From the IMG/VR virus record IMGVR_UViG_3300038853_000032: DNA of 56,808 nucleotides. The stretch is one strand, 5' to 3'. The notes beneath the pieces were generated by a model, which saw only the letters and a program-made list of their open reading frames with translations, searched no databases and had not been told where the DNA came from. This stretch comes from an uncultured virus (IMG/VR IMGVR_UViG_3300038853_000032). Taxonomy: Duplodnaviria > Heunggongvirae > Uroviricota > Caudoviricetes. This document shows positions 8,744 through 17,613 of this stretch, piece by piece. Position 1 is the stretch's first letter; each line of letters begins with the position of its first letter. A program made the position numbers and the translations under genes.

Positions 8744-8983
8744 ATGTTTTTATTAATATTTTTGTTAATTTTTGGTAGTAGTATAGCTGTTTTTTCCCAA
8801 CAAGAAGGGTATCATCACAGATCGGAACATGGACGATCAGAGTGGGTTTATGTTGGCCCACACGACTGTAAAAGTGGAAAACAGTCCGACGGTTCTTACG
8901 CAATTCCTTTTAATGGAAAAATTTATTTTAAACAAGTTAATAAAGACGGAACCGTAAACAAAGTAACTTGTGATAAGGAGTAA
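8744..8983 (+). CDS. hypothetical exported protein
   Basis: AAGGAG RBS; signal-peptide-like N-terminus; two Cys. Confidence 0.65.
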   Translation: MFLLIFLLIFGSSIAVFSQQEGYHHRSEHGRSEWVYVGPHDCKSGKQSDGSYAIPFNGKIYFKQVNKDGTVNKVTCDKE

Positions 8984-8988
8984 AAATC

Positions 8989-9255
8989 GTGGTTTGGTAT
9001 GAGGCACACCAAAGTCAAAAAGAAGATGGATTTATTATAGGACGCGCACACGGAACAGTAATTGAAACTGAGTATAATGACCAACATGATCCTGTAATTA
9101 AAAAACTAAAAGAAATTTGTAAGGAAAATTGTACTTCTAGCTGGAGTATAGGACATTTTCCAGCTAAACATAAGGGAATTACCTTTAGATTTTTTAATAA
9201 ACACGACATTAATATCTTTAACACTGCTTTAGAACAACTAAATGAGAAGACATAA
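8989..9255 (+). CDS. hypothetical protein
   Basis: GTG start after AAGGAG; TAATG coupling to the next gene. Confidence 0.65.
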   Translation: MVWYEAHQSQKEDGFIIGRAHGTVIETEYNDQHDPVIKKLKEICKENCTSSWSIGHFPAKHKGITFRFFNKHDINIFNTALEQLNEKT

Positions 9256-9527
9256 TGAATTTAGAACTTGGAGAAGCTTACTCTAAACCTAACGGAAACG
9301 TAATAAAAGTTACCCTTAATGAGTTTAATAACATAGTCTATCTTCATATTAGAGAGTATTCACTAGACGGAGATACTGGGTACTGGTTTCCAACTAAGAA
9401 TGGATACGCTTTACTAGCTGACGAAGTCAGCTCTGTGATTCCTCTCCTCCAAACAGCAGAAAAAATAATTAGTCAAAAATACGAACGAAATCCACAAATA
9501 TCGTTTGATTTTGAAAAAGGAAAGTGA
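9255..9527 (+). CDS. PC4/p15-family ssDNA-binding protein (T5-like)
   Basis: 'IKVTLNEFNNIVYLHIREY......W.PTKNG' PC4 motif; lies upstream of the ligase as in T5. Confidence 0.8.
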   Translation: MNLELGEAYSKPNGNVIKVTLNEFNNIVYLHIREYSLDGDTGYWFPTKNGYALLADEVSSVIPLLQTAEKIISQKYERNPQISFDFEKGK

Positions 9528-9533
9528 GTAAAA

Positions 9534-9845
9534 ATGAGCGTAAAAGCCTGGAGCGATGAAGAAGAGGCTAAATTAATTAAACTATACAAAGAAGAAAATC
9601 AGAAAGATGTTAACGAATTAGCTGAACATTTCGGTAAAGGATATCGTTCTGTTATCTCTAAATTAGTTCAATTAAAAATTTATGAAAAACCTCGAAATGA
9701 TGAAACTCGTCAAATTATGACAGTTAAAACCATGCTTCGAGATATAGAAGCTCTTCTCAGCATTAAAATTGATGGGACCAATCTCAATAAAAAGAGTAAC
9801 TTAATTAATTTAGTTACTGCTTTAAAAGAACGCCTTGCAAAATAA
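9534..9845 (+). CDS. putative HTH DNA-binding protein (T5-like)
   Basis: 'WSDEEEAKLIKLY....V.ELAEHFGKGYRSVISKL' Myb/HTH-like, resembling D5 repeats. Confidence 0.65.
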   Translation: MSVKAWSDEEEAKLIKLYKEENQKDVNELAEHFGKGYRSVISKLVQLKIYEKPRNDETRQIMTVKTMLRDIEALLSIKIDGTNLNKKSNLINLVTALKERLAK

Positions 9846-9848
9846 GTC

Positions 9849-9877
9849 TTGTTATATACCTAAATTTAAGTTATAAT
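9849..9877 (+). promoter_or_regulatory. sigma70-type promoter for the ligase
   Basis: TTGTTA-17-TATAAT. Confidence 0.7.
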
Positions 9878-9903
9878 TAAACAAGATAAAAAACGAGGCG
9901 TTA

Positions 9904-11652
9904 ATGAATTATCAGGAACTAAAAGAAACTGTACTAAAACACGGTCATTTTTATTATGATCTTCATCAAACTCAAATCAGTGATGAAGAGTATGATATTT
10001 TGTACAATAAGTTAGAAGCAGTAGAAACAGCTCAGGGATGGGCTGATCCTGATAGTCCAACTATTAGAGTCGGTCATTACGCTGGAAAAGTAAGACATCC
10101 ATTTCCGTTGTTTTCCTTAAAAAAAGTCTATGATATAAAAGAAATAGACAACGAATTTAATGTGGTAACGCCGAAATTAGATGGAACTAATTTAACTGTT
10201 ATTTATCAAAATGGTAAGTTTCAAATGGCGCTAACCAGAGGTAACGGAGAATATGGAGATAATGTCTCACATTTAGTTAAATACTGTAAAGCAGTACCAA
10301 AATCTATTCCTAGTCACTATAACACTTTAATAGTAACAGGTGAGTGTGTAACTGATAACAAAGTAGAAAATTTTAGAAACTACGTTAGCGGTGCGCTCGG
10401 ACTAAAAGATCCTGAAGAATTTAAATCTCGCAATATCAGTTTTATCGCGCATGATTCTTTAGGAACTAAATTAGATTACACTATTAGAATGAATTTAATT
10501 GAAAACTTAGGTTTTCAATCCGTCTTCAATCAAAAACTATGTGAACAATATCCTCAAGACGGTACAGTATATAGAATAGATAAATGGAAACGATGTCAAG
10601 AACTTGGATATACTTCAAAACATCCAAGATTTGCTATCGCTTTAAAAGAAAGAGGAACGCTTACAGCAACCACCTCTTTACAAGACGTGATCTGGGTTAT
10701 TGGTCGCACGGGAATGGTTAACCCCATCGGAGTCATCGATCCTGTGGAGATCGACGGGGCTATCATCGGGAGAGCAACTCTTCACAATATTGGATTTATC
10801 GAACAGCACAAACTTGGGCTTGGTGATATTATCGAGATCGAAAGGTCTGGCGGGGTAATTCCAAAGTTCAACAGAGTTCTAAACCATCTCCATGCCAGTA
10901 CCAGAATTGAACAAAGACATGCCGAAGAGGCCGTTGGATATACTCTTCGAAGGGTCGGCCCAAGACTTTACTGTAGTGACGCATCGCAGCACGACTCGGT
11001 AAAAGGGCTTGAATATTTTATCAGAATCTTAGAAATTAAGGGTCTGGGGCCTAAATCCATAGCCAAGTTACAGCTAACCCATCCTACGGATCTTTATCGG
11101 TCGCAAGAATGGCAGACGCTCGGGGTAAACGGTCAAAAAATACAAGCCGAAATAGAAAGATCTAAAACTAAACCATATCATATGGTATTAGCTGCTTTAG
11201 GGATTCCGGGAGTCGGACGAGGAACCGCGAGACGAATCGTGACTCACCTCCCACAATTCAATCGGCTGCGAGAGATTGAATTGGCACAAATAACAGGGAT
11301 TGGACCTAAGACTGTCGACTCCATTCTCGCGTGGTTAGATGTCAACGAAGAGTGGGTCACCACCCTACCTCTTCAGTTAAAGCAGGATCAGAGCGTTGAC
11401 GCCGTTTTACAGTCCTCCGGCGGTAAAAAATTATGCGTAACCGGAAAATTAGACGTAACACGAGGTGAGTTGACTGAAATTCTTAGTCAATTCAATTATC
11501 AAGTTACTAGCACAGTCACTAAAGACTGCATCGCTTTGATTTCTGCTGACACACAGACCAAAAGTTCAAAAATGACGAAAGCCCAAAAATTCGGAATAAA
11601 AATTATCGACTACTGGGCAAACCGACAGAACATATTGAACGGAAAGCTTTAA
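9904..11652 (+). CDS. ligA: NAD-dependent DNA ligase (single chain, HhH + BRCT)
   Basis: 'YY......ISDEEYD', KLDG, 'ALTRGNG..G', DG.V, OB 'RATLHN', 'ERSGGVIPK', HhH 'ALGIPGVG', BRCT 'CVTGKL...R'. Confidence 0.95.
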   Translation: MNYQELKETVLKHGHFYYDLHQTQISDEEYDILYNKLEAVETAQGWADPDSPTIRVGHYAGKVRHPFPLFSLKKVYDIKEIDNEFNVVTPKLDGTNLTVIYQNGKFQMALTRGNGEYGDNVSHLVKYCKAVPKSIPSHYNTLIVTGECVTDNKVENFRNYVSGALGLKDPEEFKSRNISFIAHDSLGTKLDYTIRMNLIENLGFQSVFNQKLCEQYPQDGTVYRIDKWKRCQELGYTSKHPRFAIALKERGTLTATTSLQDVIWVIGRTGMVNPIGVIDPVEIDGAIIGRATLHNIGFIEQHKLGLGDIIEIERSGGVIPKFNRVLNHLHASTRIEQRHAEEAVGYTLRRVGPRLYCSDASQHDSVKGLEYFIRILEIKGLGPKSIAKLQLTHPTDLYRSQEWQTLGVNGQKIQAEIERSKTKPYHMVLAALGIPGVGRGTARRIVTHLPQFNRLREIELAQITGIGPKTVDSILAWLDVNEEWVTTLPLQLKQDQSVDAVLQSSGGKKLCVTGKLDVTRGELTEILSQFNYQVTSTVTKDCIALISADTQTKSSKMTKAQKFGIKIIDYWANRQNILNGKL

Positions 11653-11680
11653 CTAAATAGGAAATAATTTCACTTTTTTC

Positions 11681-11709
11681 TTGCCTATTTGTAAAGATAA
11701 ATATATAAT
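11681..11709 (+). promoter_or_regulatory. sigma70-type promoter for D5
   Basis: TTGCCT-17-TATAAT. Confidence 0.75.
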
Positions 11710-11772
11710 CAAAGAAGAGTTGGAAAAAACACCAACTGAACAAAAACTAAAACATGAGGGGAATATACTTAA

Positions 11773-12453
11773 ATGAGTAAATTCGAATATACTGATGAGA
11801 TGGTTGCTCGTATGGAGCAAGTATCTTCGTCTGGAGTGACCGAAGAGGTTATCCAGACACTCTGCGACGAGTTTGAGTTCCCACGTCGGTCAGTTACCGC
11901 TAAGTTGCGGAAACTTGGATTTGACGTTCCGAAAAAGCCTGGAGCAGCCCCCGTTTTTTCTCCCGAACAAACGGATGCGCTTCGACAGTTCCTTTCGGAT
12001 AACTCCGGCACGTATACTGCCGAAGAGATTGCTGCAACCTTTGCTGATGGTAACTTTACCGCCCGCCAGATCAATGGAAAGGCGCTCTCGCTCGAAATGA
12101 CTCAGCACGTTAAACCTGCTGAGAAAAAGGTCACTCCGAAGACCTATACGCCTGAAGAGGAATCTACCATTAGCTCAATGGTTTCTGGCGGTTCTTATCT
12201 CGAAGAGATTGCCGACGCAGTTGGCAAGACAGTAGCTTCTGTTCGAGGCAAGCTACTAAGCATGGGCCTTAAAGCACCACAGCGTGACAAGAAGGCTTCT
12301 AAGAGCGATCCTTACGAAGGGATCGAGAACCTGACTGATCAGACCGTAGACCAACTTGCCGAGCATTTTGGTAAGACGGTACGAGGAGTTAAAACGGTTC
12401 TTACACGACGCGGTCTTAGTGCTGCAGATTACACTCCAAAAGCGGCTGAGTAA
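11773..12453 (+). CDS. D5: T5 D5-like multi-HTH DNA-binding protein
   Basis: 'RSVTAKLRKLGFDV', 'YTAEEIAA..ADG.F.A.QI.GK.LSLEMT..VKP', 'RGVKTVLTRRGL.A.DY' match T5 D5 as I recall it; syntenic after the ligase. Confidence 0.88.
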   Translation: MSKFEYTDEMVARMEQVSSSGVTEEVIQTLCDEFEFPRRSVTAKLRKLGFDVPKKPGAAPVFSPEQTDALRQFLSDNSGTYTAEEIAATFADGNFTARQINGKALSLEMTQHVKPAEKKVTPKTYTPEEESTISSMVSGGSYLEEIADAVGKTVASVRGKLLSMGLKAPQRDKKASKSDPYEGIENLTDQTVDQLAEHFGKTVRGVKTVLTRRGLSAADYTPKAAE

Positions 12454-12475
12454 TCTTTTAGAACTCTTAGTAAAG

Positions 12476-12506
12476 AAAGCGGCGGTAGCAACCGTCGCTT
12501 TTTTTT
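12476..12506 (+). terminator. intrinsic terminator after D5
   Basis: AAAGCGGCGGT-AGCA-ACCGTCGCTTT hairpin followed by a T run. Confidence 0.85.
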
Positions 12507-12517
12507 ATTTGGGAAAA

Positions 12518-12823
12518 ATGTTTATGATGAATCTTCACGAAGTTAATGAGGAAACCATTGACTATATATTATCTCTACCCGAACTTGAACGGTTAACTTA
12601 TTACAGTTCGCTAATAAATAAGTTTTACCCAAATATCACTAAAAACACCTTATGTTTTGAAAGACTCTTAAAAGCCTATGAAACTAGTTTTGTTGTTGAA
12701 AAACTATACCGTAATAACAAGTTTTTTAAAGAAGGTTTTACAAATGTTTATACAAAAACTGGATTATTAAGAAATATTATATCTGATCTCTATTTTGCAG
12801 ATGACGATTTAATTACACATTAA
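12518..12823 (+). CDS. hypothetical protein
   Basis: Likely start is the ATG at 12518 (or a nearby ATG), not the TTG at 12356 inside D5. Confidence 0.6.
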   Translation: MFMMNLHEVNEETIDYILSLPELERLTYYSSLINKFYPNITKNTLCFERLLKAYETSFVVEKLYRNNKFFKEGFTNVYTKTGLLRNIISDLYFADDDLITH

Positions 12824-12858
12824 ATCAAGAGTTTATAGCTTTTCCAACAAATTCAATA

Positions 12859-12887
12859 TTGACTAATACTTTTTTATACGTTAGAAT
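12859..12887 (+). promoter_or_regulatory. sigma70-type promoter
   Basis: TTGACT-17-TAGAAT. Confidence 0.65.
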
Positions 12888-12892
12888 ATAGA

Positions 12893-12963
12893 ATGTCTAA
12901 TTTGTAAAAAGACTATATTTTTATTTTAGTTAGACTGATAATTTTTAATTATCAGTTTTTTTT
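12893..12963 (+). ncRNA. candidate ~70-nt small RNA or leader
   Basis: Promoter, then hairpin GTCTAATT...AGTTAGAC, then terminator ACTGATAATT-TTT-AATTATCAGT-T run; no ORF of note. Confidence 0.35.
12934..12963 (+). terminator. intrinsic terminator
   Basis: Perfect 10-bp stem (12934-12943/12947-12956) followed by a T tract. Confidence 0.65.
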
Positions 12964-12987
12964 ATAATTAAATAAGAGGAAAAAATA

Positions 12988-13180
12988 ATGTTAGAAAGTA
13001 GAGAATACCTAGTAATGGCAGCATTTACACACGAAATGAATGAGATTAGTTTTAGACTACAGAACGCTAAAAAAAAATAATAGAGGCTATCCTACCCGCG
13101 AAGCAGAAGACGCCCAATTACTTAGCGCCAAAAAGTATATGCAAGATAGGATTCGAGAATTAAAAAATAAGAGCGGCTAA
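12988..13180 (+). pseudogene. small gene interrupted by a frameshift in an A9 tract
   Basis: GAGGA RBS + ATG; stop directly after A9 (13069-13077); with A8 the frame reads 63 aa to TAA at 13180. Confidence 0.55.
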
Positions 13181-13193
13181 AACCATATTTAAT

Positions 13194-13223
13194 TTGACTA
13201 CTCCTCCTTTTGTAATATATAAT
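13194..13223 (+). promoter_or_regulatory. sigma70-type promoter for the helicase operon
   Basis: TTGACT-18-TATAAT. Confidence 0.65.
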
Positions 13224-13231
13224 ATATATAA

Positions 13232-14020
13232 GTGAAAAATATGACAAAAATTAAACACGATATACCTGAATCCAAAATTAGACAAGCTATTTGGATGCTA
13301 AAAATAGATAAAACGAAAAAAGCTATCTGTACACATTTAGGAATAGCTTATAATACAAAACGACTAGAAAGCATTATTACCGAATTTAAAGAAAAAGAAA
13401 AAAGAATCCAAACACTAAAAAAAGAAGCCCAAGCCAAGCCTATTTCTGAAGATACGGAACAACATATTATTTCCGAGTATCAAAACGGAAACAGTTTAAA
13501 CGCACTTGCTACAAACCTTTATATAACCTCATATCGAGTCAAAAATGTTTTATTAAAAAACGGGGTTCCTTTCCGCGCCAGAAAAAAGAAAGGAAAAGCA
13601 AATGTAAGTCATATCAAACAGAATTTAGATATTAAATTTAATATCGAAGATAAAGTATTTATTGCTCCAACCAGTGAGTTTGGGATAATTAAGCATGTAT
13701 ACGATGAAAAATGGATAGAATATCATAGTGAAAGTTATCACTCACGATATGTTGCACTTCCGCCTCTTAAAAAAGCAAGAAAAAAGTATGGCGAAGATTA
13801 CGAAGGAATAGAAGATGTACATTGGAATATTTACTGGGATTACGATAATGGAGAATCATGGAAGTCTTACGCTATAAAACAAGAACTTAAAAGACAACAA
13901 AATAACCTTATTCAATACGGAATAGAATCCTATGACTTATACGTTTTAGGAGAACAGGGACACTGGAGCGAGCGTCCCAGATACCAACTTTTTCCGGTTG
14001 TAAACGGCAACAGTAATTAA
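13232..14020 (+). CDS. hypothetical protein, possible HTH DNA-binding
   Basis: 'IISEYQNGNSLNALATNLYITSYRVKNVLLKNGV' is HTH-like; TAATG-coupled to the helicase. Confidence 0.65.
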   Translation: MKNMTKIKHDIPESKIRQAIWMLKIDKTKKAICTHLGIAYNTKRLESIITEFKEKEKRIQTLKKEAQAKPISEDTEQHIISEYQNGNSLNALATNLYITSYRVKNVLLKNGVPFRARKKKGKANVSHIKQNLDIKFNIEDKVFIAPTSEFGIIKHVYDEKWIEYHSESYHSRYVALPPLKKARKKYGEDYEGIEDVHWNIYWDYDNGESWKSYAIKQELKRQQNNLIQYGIESYDLYVLGEQGHWSERPRYQLFPVVNGNSN

Positions 14021-15396
14021 TGGCACTAGACTTACAAAAAGTTACTCTAAGAAAACTTCTTGAGTCGCAAAATCACGATTTTTTTACAAAATTAGTTCCT
14101 CAATTTTTTAGTGGAACTAATATTATTTTATACTCAAAAATAGAAAATTTTTATAAAGCTCATTTAAAGTTACCATCTGTTCAAGAAATGGTAATGCTAA
14201 ATAAAGATGAAGCAGTTCAAGAATACCTTGAAATTCAAATTCTAAGTGAAGACAATAACGTTCCTCATATAGAAGATGATTTTTTAGTAAGCCAACTTCA
14301 AGACTATTTTATCAGAGAAGAAACCATTTCTTTTTTAGATAAGTTTATTGATAACTTAGAAGACTTAGAAAAAATAGAAATAGTTGATCAATTCCAAGAT
14401 CACTTACTAAGTATGAATAACGCAATTCCAACATCAGACGAACTTTATGATGTTGCAGATTTAGAGTTCTTCCCAGGAGTTCAAGATTTTCGTTTATTTC
14501 CCTCTGGTTTAAGTGCCGAGTACGATGCTGTAAATGGCGGATTTGCAACTCAAGAACTTGTTTTACTAGGAGGAAGACGTGGGTCGGGAAAATCTATCAT
14601 TAGTCTAAATTGCGCTATTGAAAGATTTATGCAAGGAAACACAGTTGCGTTCTTTACAATTGAAATGAGATATAAAGAAGTTCACGATAGACTTTTAAGT
14701 ATCATTAGTGATGTACCTTTTTTAGATATTTATAAAAATAGGTTATCAGCAACACAAAAAATTCAAATGGCAGAAAGTAAATGTAGAACTTTCTATGAAA
14801 AAAGCGAATTTGTAGATAACAAACTAAAAAAATTAAAAGACGATTTAAATTTTAAACATTTTGAAGAATCATTTAAAATCAATAAACCTAAAATGTTAGA
14901 TCGTAGGTTTTTTATTATAGATGATGCAGCAATTTCTATTAATAGAATTGACCATTATTGTAATATGTTTCATACAAAATACAATAATTTTACAATGGGA
15001 GTAGTAGATTATATTAATATCGTTAAGTACGAAGATCAAAAAGACTGGAAATCTCAAATTGCAATTGCCGAATCATTAAAATTAATGAGTAGAAAATATG
15101 ATATAACTATGTTTAGTCCGTATCAAATTGACGCAGGAGGGGAAGCAAGATTTGCAAAAGGCATATTAGACAGTGCAGATAGGGGATTTAATTTCTTTCC
15201 ACCTAATCCAGATGACGACGCCAATCGTATCGTAGTTCATACTACTAAAATCAGAAATGGACGAGCTATGAACTTTGATATTGGAATGAATTGGGAATGT
15301 ACTAAAGTAATATCAACAGATAGCCAGTTAATTAATGAAAAACCACTAGGAGTAGCCAAATACGGCTCAGAATCAGAAAATGACCTTAAAAACTAA
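14020..15396 (+). CDS. DnaB-like replicative helicase (T5 D6-like)
   Basis: Walker A 'GGRRGSGKS', 'FFTIEM', Walker B 'VVDYIN', 'SPYQID..GEARFAKGILD'. Confidence 0.9.
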   Translation: MALDLQKVTLRKLLESQNHDFFTKLVPQFFSGTNIILYSKIENFYKAHLKLPSVQEMVMLNKDEAVQEYLEIQILSEDNNVPHIEDDFLVSQLQDYFIREETISFLDKFIDNLEDLEKIEIVDQFQDHLLSMNNAIPTSDELYDVADLEFFPGVQDFRLFPSGLSAEYDAVNGGFATQELVLLGGRRGSGKSIISLNCAIERFMQGNTVAFFTIEMRYKEVHDRLLSIISDVPFLDIYKNRLSATQKIQMAESKCRTFYEKSEFVDNKLKKLKDDLNFKHFEESFKINKPKMLDRRFFIIDDAAISINRIDHYCNMFHTKYNNFTMGVVDYINIVKYEDQKDWKSQIAIAESLKLMSRKYDITMFSPYQIDAGGEARFAKGILDSADRGFNFFPPNPDDDANRIVVHTTKIRNGRAMNFDIGMNWECTKVISTDSQLINEKPLGVAKYGSESENDLKN

Positions 15397-15814
15397 CCAA
15401 CACAAAACATTTAACGAAACGCCTTTCGCCCGTGAAGAAAACAGAATTTTTAAAAAAACTGAATACTGTATAGTTCTTTATGATAAATATCCAGTATGTG
15501 AAAATCATCTTTTATTTATTCCTAAACAAAAATATGATTATTATATCTGTAAAGCTTTTGAAGAAGCTTTTGAAGAAGGAGAAAGTCAAGTAGAAAATAA
15601 AAAAATTGATGGATATCATTTAGGTATTAATATGTATGTGGCAGGAGGGCAAAGTATTATGTGGCCGCATGTTCATTTTATTCCCAGACATTATGACGAT
15701 AGTGACGGTCCTTACATTGGAAGCGTTCGATTAGCTAGAGTAGGCGGTAGAATACCCATGTCTTACGAAAATCACCCAGAACACTATTCTTGGAAAAAAG
15801 CACTAGGACTATGA
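15380..15814 (+). CDS. HIT-family hydrolase
   Basis: 'DKYPV..NHLLFIPK', 'GYHLGIN...AGGQSIMWPHVHFIPR' (first triad His replaced by Trp). Confidence 0.85.
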   Translation: MTLKTNQHKTFNETPFAREENRIFKKTEYCIVLYDKYPVCENHLLFIPKQKYDYYICKAFEEAFEEGESQVENKKIDGYHLGINMYVAGGQSIMWPHVHFIPRHYDDSDGPYIGSVRLARVGGRIPMSYENHPEHYSWKKALGL

Positions 15815-16068
15815 AAGAAATTTGGCTTATTATTGCAATCTGGTCTGGAGGAGACGGGAATGATTGGTTTCATTTTCCTAGCCCCATATTTGAAAACCAT
15901 AGTATTTGTACTCGATACGTGCTTGAAAATTACTGGGATTTAAACTCTAACGTAAACGAAGCTTATCTAAAAAAACCGTTTAAAACTAAAAACTTTTTTT
16001 TCTGTATAGAAGAAAACGAGTGGAACTATATACGTAAAAAGTATCCAAACCCTTGGGAAACGTACTAA
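15790..16068 (+). CDS. hypothetical protein
   Basis: ORF in operon; start probably at ATG 15811. Confidence 0.6.
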   Translation: MEKSTRTMKEIWLIIAIWSGGDGNDWFHFPSPIFENHSICTRYVLENYWDLNSNVNEAYLKKPFKTKNFFFCIEENEWNYIRKKYPNPWETY

Positions 16069-16274
16069 TGACAAAATTTAAAAAAATGCATGCTTGGGAA
16101 TATGCTCACGGTCAAAGAGACTTATTTTTAAAAACCCTACTTAAAGCGGAAAAACTTGCTGAAAAAGGATTTATTAATTCTCAAAGAGAAGTACATCACA
16201 ATTTTGATCGAGGATATAATGATATTTTTAACCAACAACTTAATATTATTAAAAAGGTATTAAAAGATGTATGA
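16053..16274 (+). CDS. hypothetical protein, paralog of 16267-16461
   Basis: Shares KLAEKG and IF.(Q/E)QLNIIKKVL with the next ORF; start probably at ATG 16068. Confidence 0.65.
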   Translation: MGNVLMTKFKKMHAWEYAHGQRDLFLKTLLKAEKLAEKGFINSQREVHHNFDRGYNDIFNQQLNIIKKVLKDV

Positions 16275-16461
16275 AACGGAAACCTTAATTAAAATACAAA
16301 AACTTGCGGAAAAAGGTATAGAGCATATTATGAAACATGCACATCCTAATCCTGGAGATGGAAGATTACTAATACATACATTTGTATCTTATGATGCGGA
16401 AAAGACAGCACAGATATTCCAAGAACAACTTAATATAATTAAAAAAGTATTAAACGTATGA
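16267..16461 (+). CDS. hypothetical protein, paralog of 16053-16274
   Basis: KLAEKG ... IFQEQLNIIKKVL. Confidence 0.65.
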   Translation: MYETETLIKIQKLAEKGIEHIMKHAHPNPGDGRLLIHTFVSYDAEKTAQIFQEQLNIIKKVLNV

Positions 16462-17078
16462 AAATAAAAATATGTAATAAAGACCCCGTATTTCCGTTCC
16501 TCCTAGTAGACAATTGGTACACTAAAAAAGAACTAGAAAAAATTTGGAAAGAATTAAGTTTTTATACTGATTATGAAACAATGCCAAATGCAGCAGAAGG
16601 ACTAGCAGCAAAAGACGAAGAAGGTAACTCTAAAGCCGATTGTTATAGACTATACCCAGATGAAGTTTATACCCAAAAAGGCAGAAACACAAGCTATATT
16701 TTAAGATTTCAGCAACCAAAAATATTTTCTAATAAAATAAAACAAGCATTTCAAAAAACTAGTCCTGTGTACAGAAATTGGCAATCCTGCGACAAAGATA
16801 ACACGATAATTAGTTATTATGAGAACAATCACCATTACCATGCTCATTACGATAGCGCACAAGTAACAGCCTTAATATGGTTATACATAAAACCAAAAGC
16901 GTTTAGCGGGGGAAATCTCACTTTCACCGACAGTAATATAAAAGTGAGATGTAGATATAACCGTATGGTAATGTTTCCAGGTTTTTATGAACATCAAGTA
17001 GACCCCATAACTTTAAAAAAGAAAAAAGCAGGATTAGGAAGGTACTGCATTACCCACTTTTACAGCAATACTCGGTAA
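16458..17078 (+). CDS. 2OG-Fe(II) oxygenase
   Basis: 'YHAHYD', 'PKAFSGGNLTF', 'NRMVMFPG..EHQVDP....GRYCITHF'. Confidence 0.9.
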   Translation: MKIKICNKDPVFPFLLVDNWYTKKELEKIWKELSFYTDYETMPNAAEGLAAKDEEGNSKADCYRLYPDEVYTQKGRNTSYILRFQQPKIFSNKIKQAFQKTSPVYRNWQSCDKDNTIISYYENNHHYHAHYDSAQVTALIWLYIKPKAFSGGNLTFTDSNIKVRCRYNRMVMFPGFYEHQVDPITLKKKKAGLGRYCITHFYSNTR

Positions 17079-17082
17079 AACA

Positions 17083-17613
17083 ATGAACAAAAAAATTACT
17101 AAAATACTTACAGTTACTATTCTGATTCTTTCTTCTAATAACATCAATGCAAAGGAAGATCAATCAAACCTTATCTTTAACGCAGACGGTATTATAAAAT
17201 TATTTGAAAAGAATCACTTAAAAAATATCGAAAAAAGAAAAATATGGTGGGAACGAATGGTTCGTGGTGAAGTAGGAAAACATAGATTCTATATTCTATG
17301 TTCGATGAAAGATGGAGAATGGAAACGACTAGATGATGTACGAAATTATATAGATTTCAAGAGCACTATACCGGGTGTTTACACAACTGCATCCTTAATG
17401 ACCATGTTTGAACTTATGAGAGCTCAAAGAGTTCCTAAGACACCTTATTATAAACCAAAGCTAAAAACAGAAGGAGAAGGTTGGATACAGAAAAGTCGTG
17501 ATACTGAACCGTATGGTGTAAACACGAAATGGAGAATACATCCAGACGTACTTCCGTTTCTGTATCTACTCCTACTTAGCTGTCCAGAAGACAATAGCTG
17601 TGAGATTAAATAA
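17083..17613 (+). CDS. hypothetical exported protein
   Basis: Signal-peptide-like N-terminus; no recognised motif. Confidence 0.6.
   Translation: MNKKITKILTVTILILSSNNINAKEDQSNLIFNADGIIKLFEKNHLKNIEKRKIWWERMVRGEVGKHRFYILCSMKDGEWKRLDDVRNYIDFKSTIPGVYTTASLMTMFELMRAQRVPKTPYYKPKLKTEGEGWIQKSRDTEPYGVNTKWRIHPDVLPFLYLLLLSCPEDNSCEIK

Noticed and set aside
11769..12108. Alternative-frame and antisense ORFs over D5, and similar shadows over purE, pol, D13, nrdJ and the tail genes
   Set aside because: They lie wholly within well-supported genes and lack RBSs and motifs
12356..12517. N-terminal extension of ORF 12356-12823
   Set aside because: It overlaps D5 and crosses its terminator; the ATG at 12518 is more plausible
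15552..15578. 12-bp tandem repeat (aagcttttgaag) in the HIT gene
   Set aside because: Two in-frame copies encoding AFEEAFEE; too short to imply function
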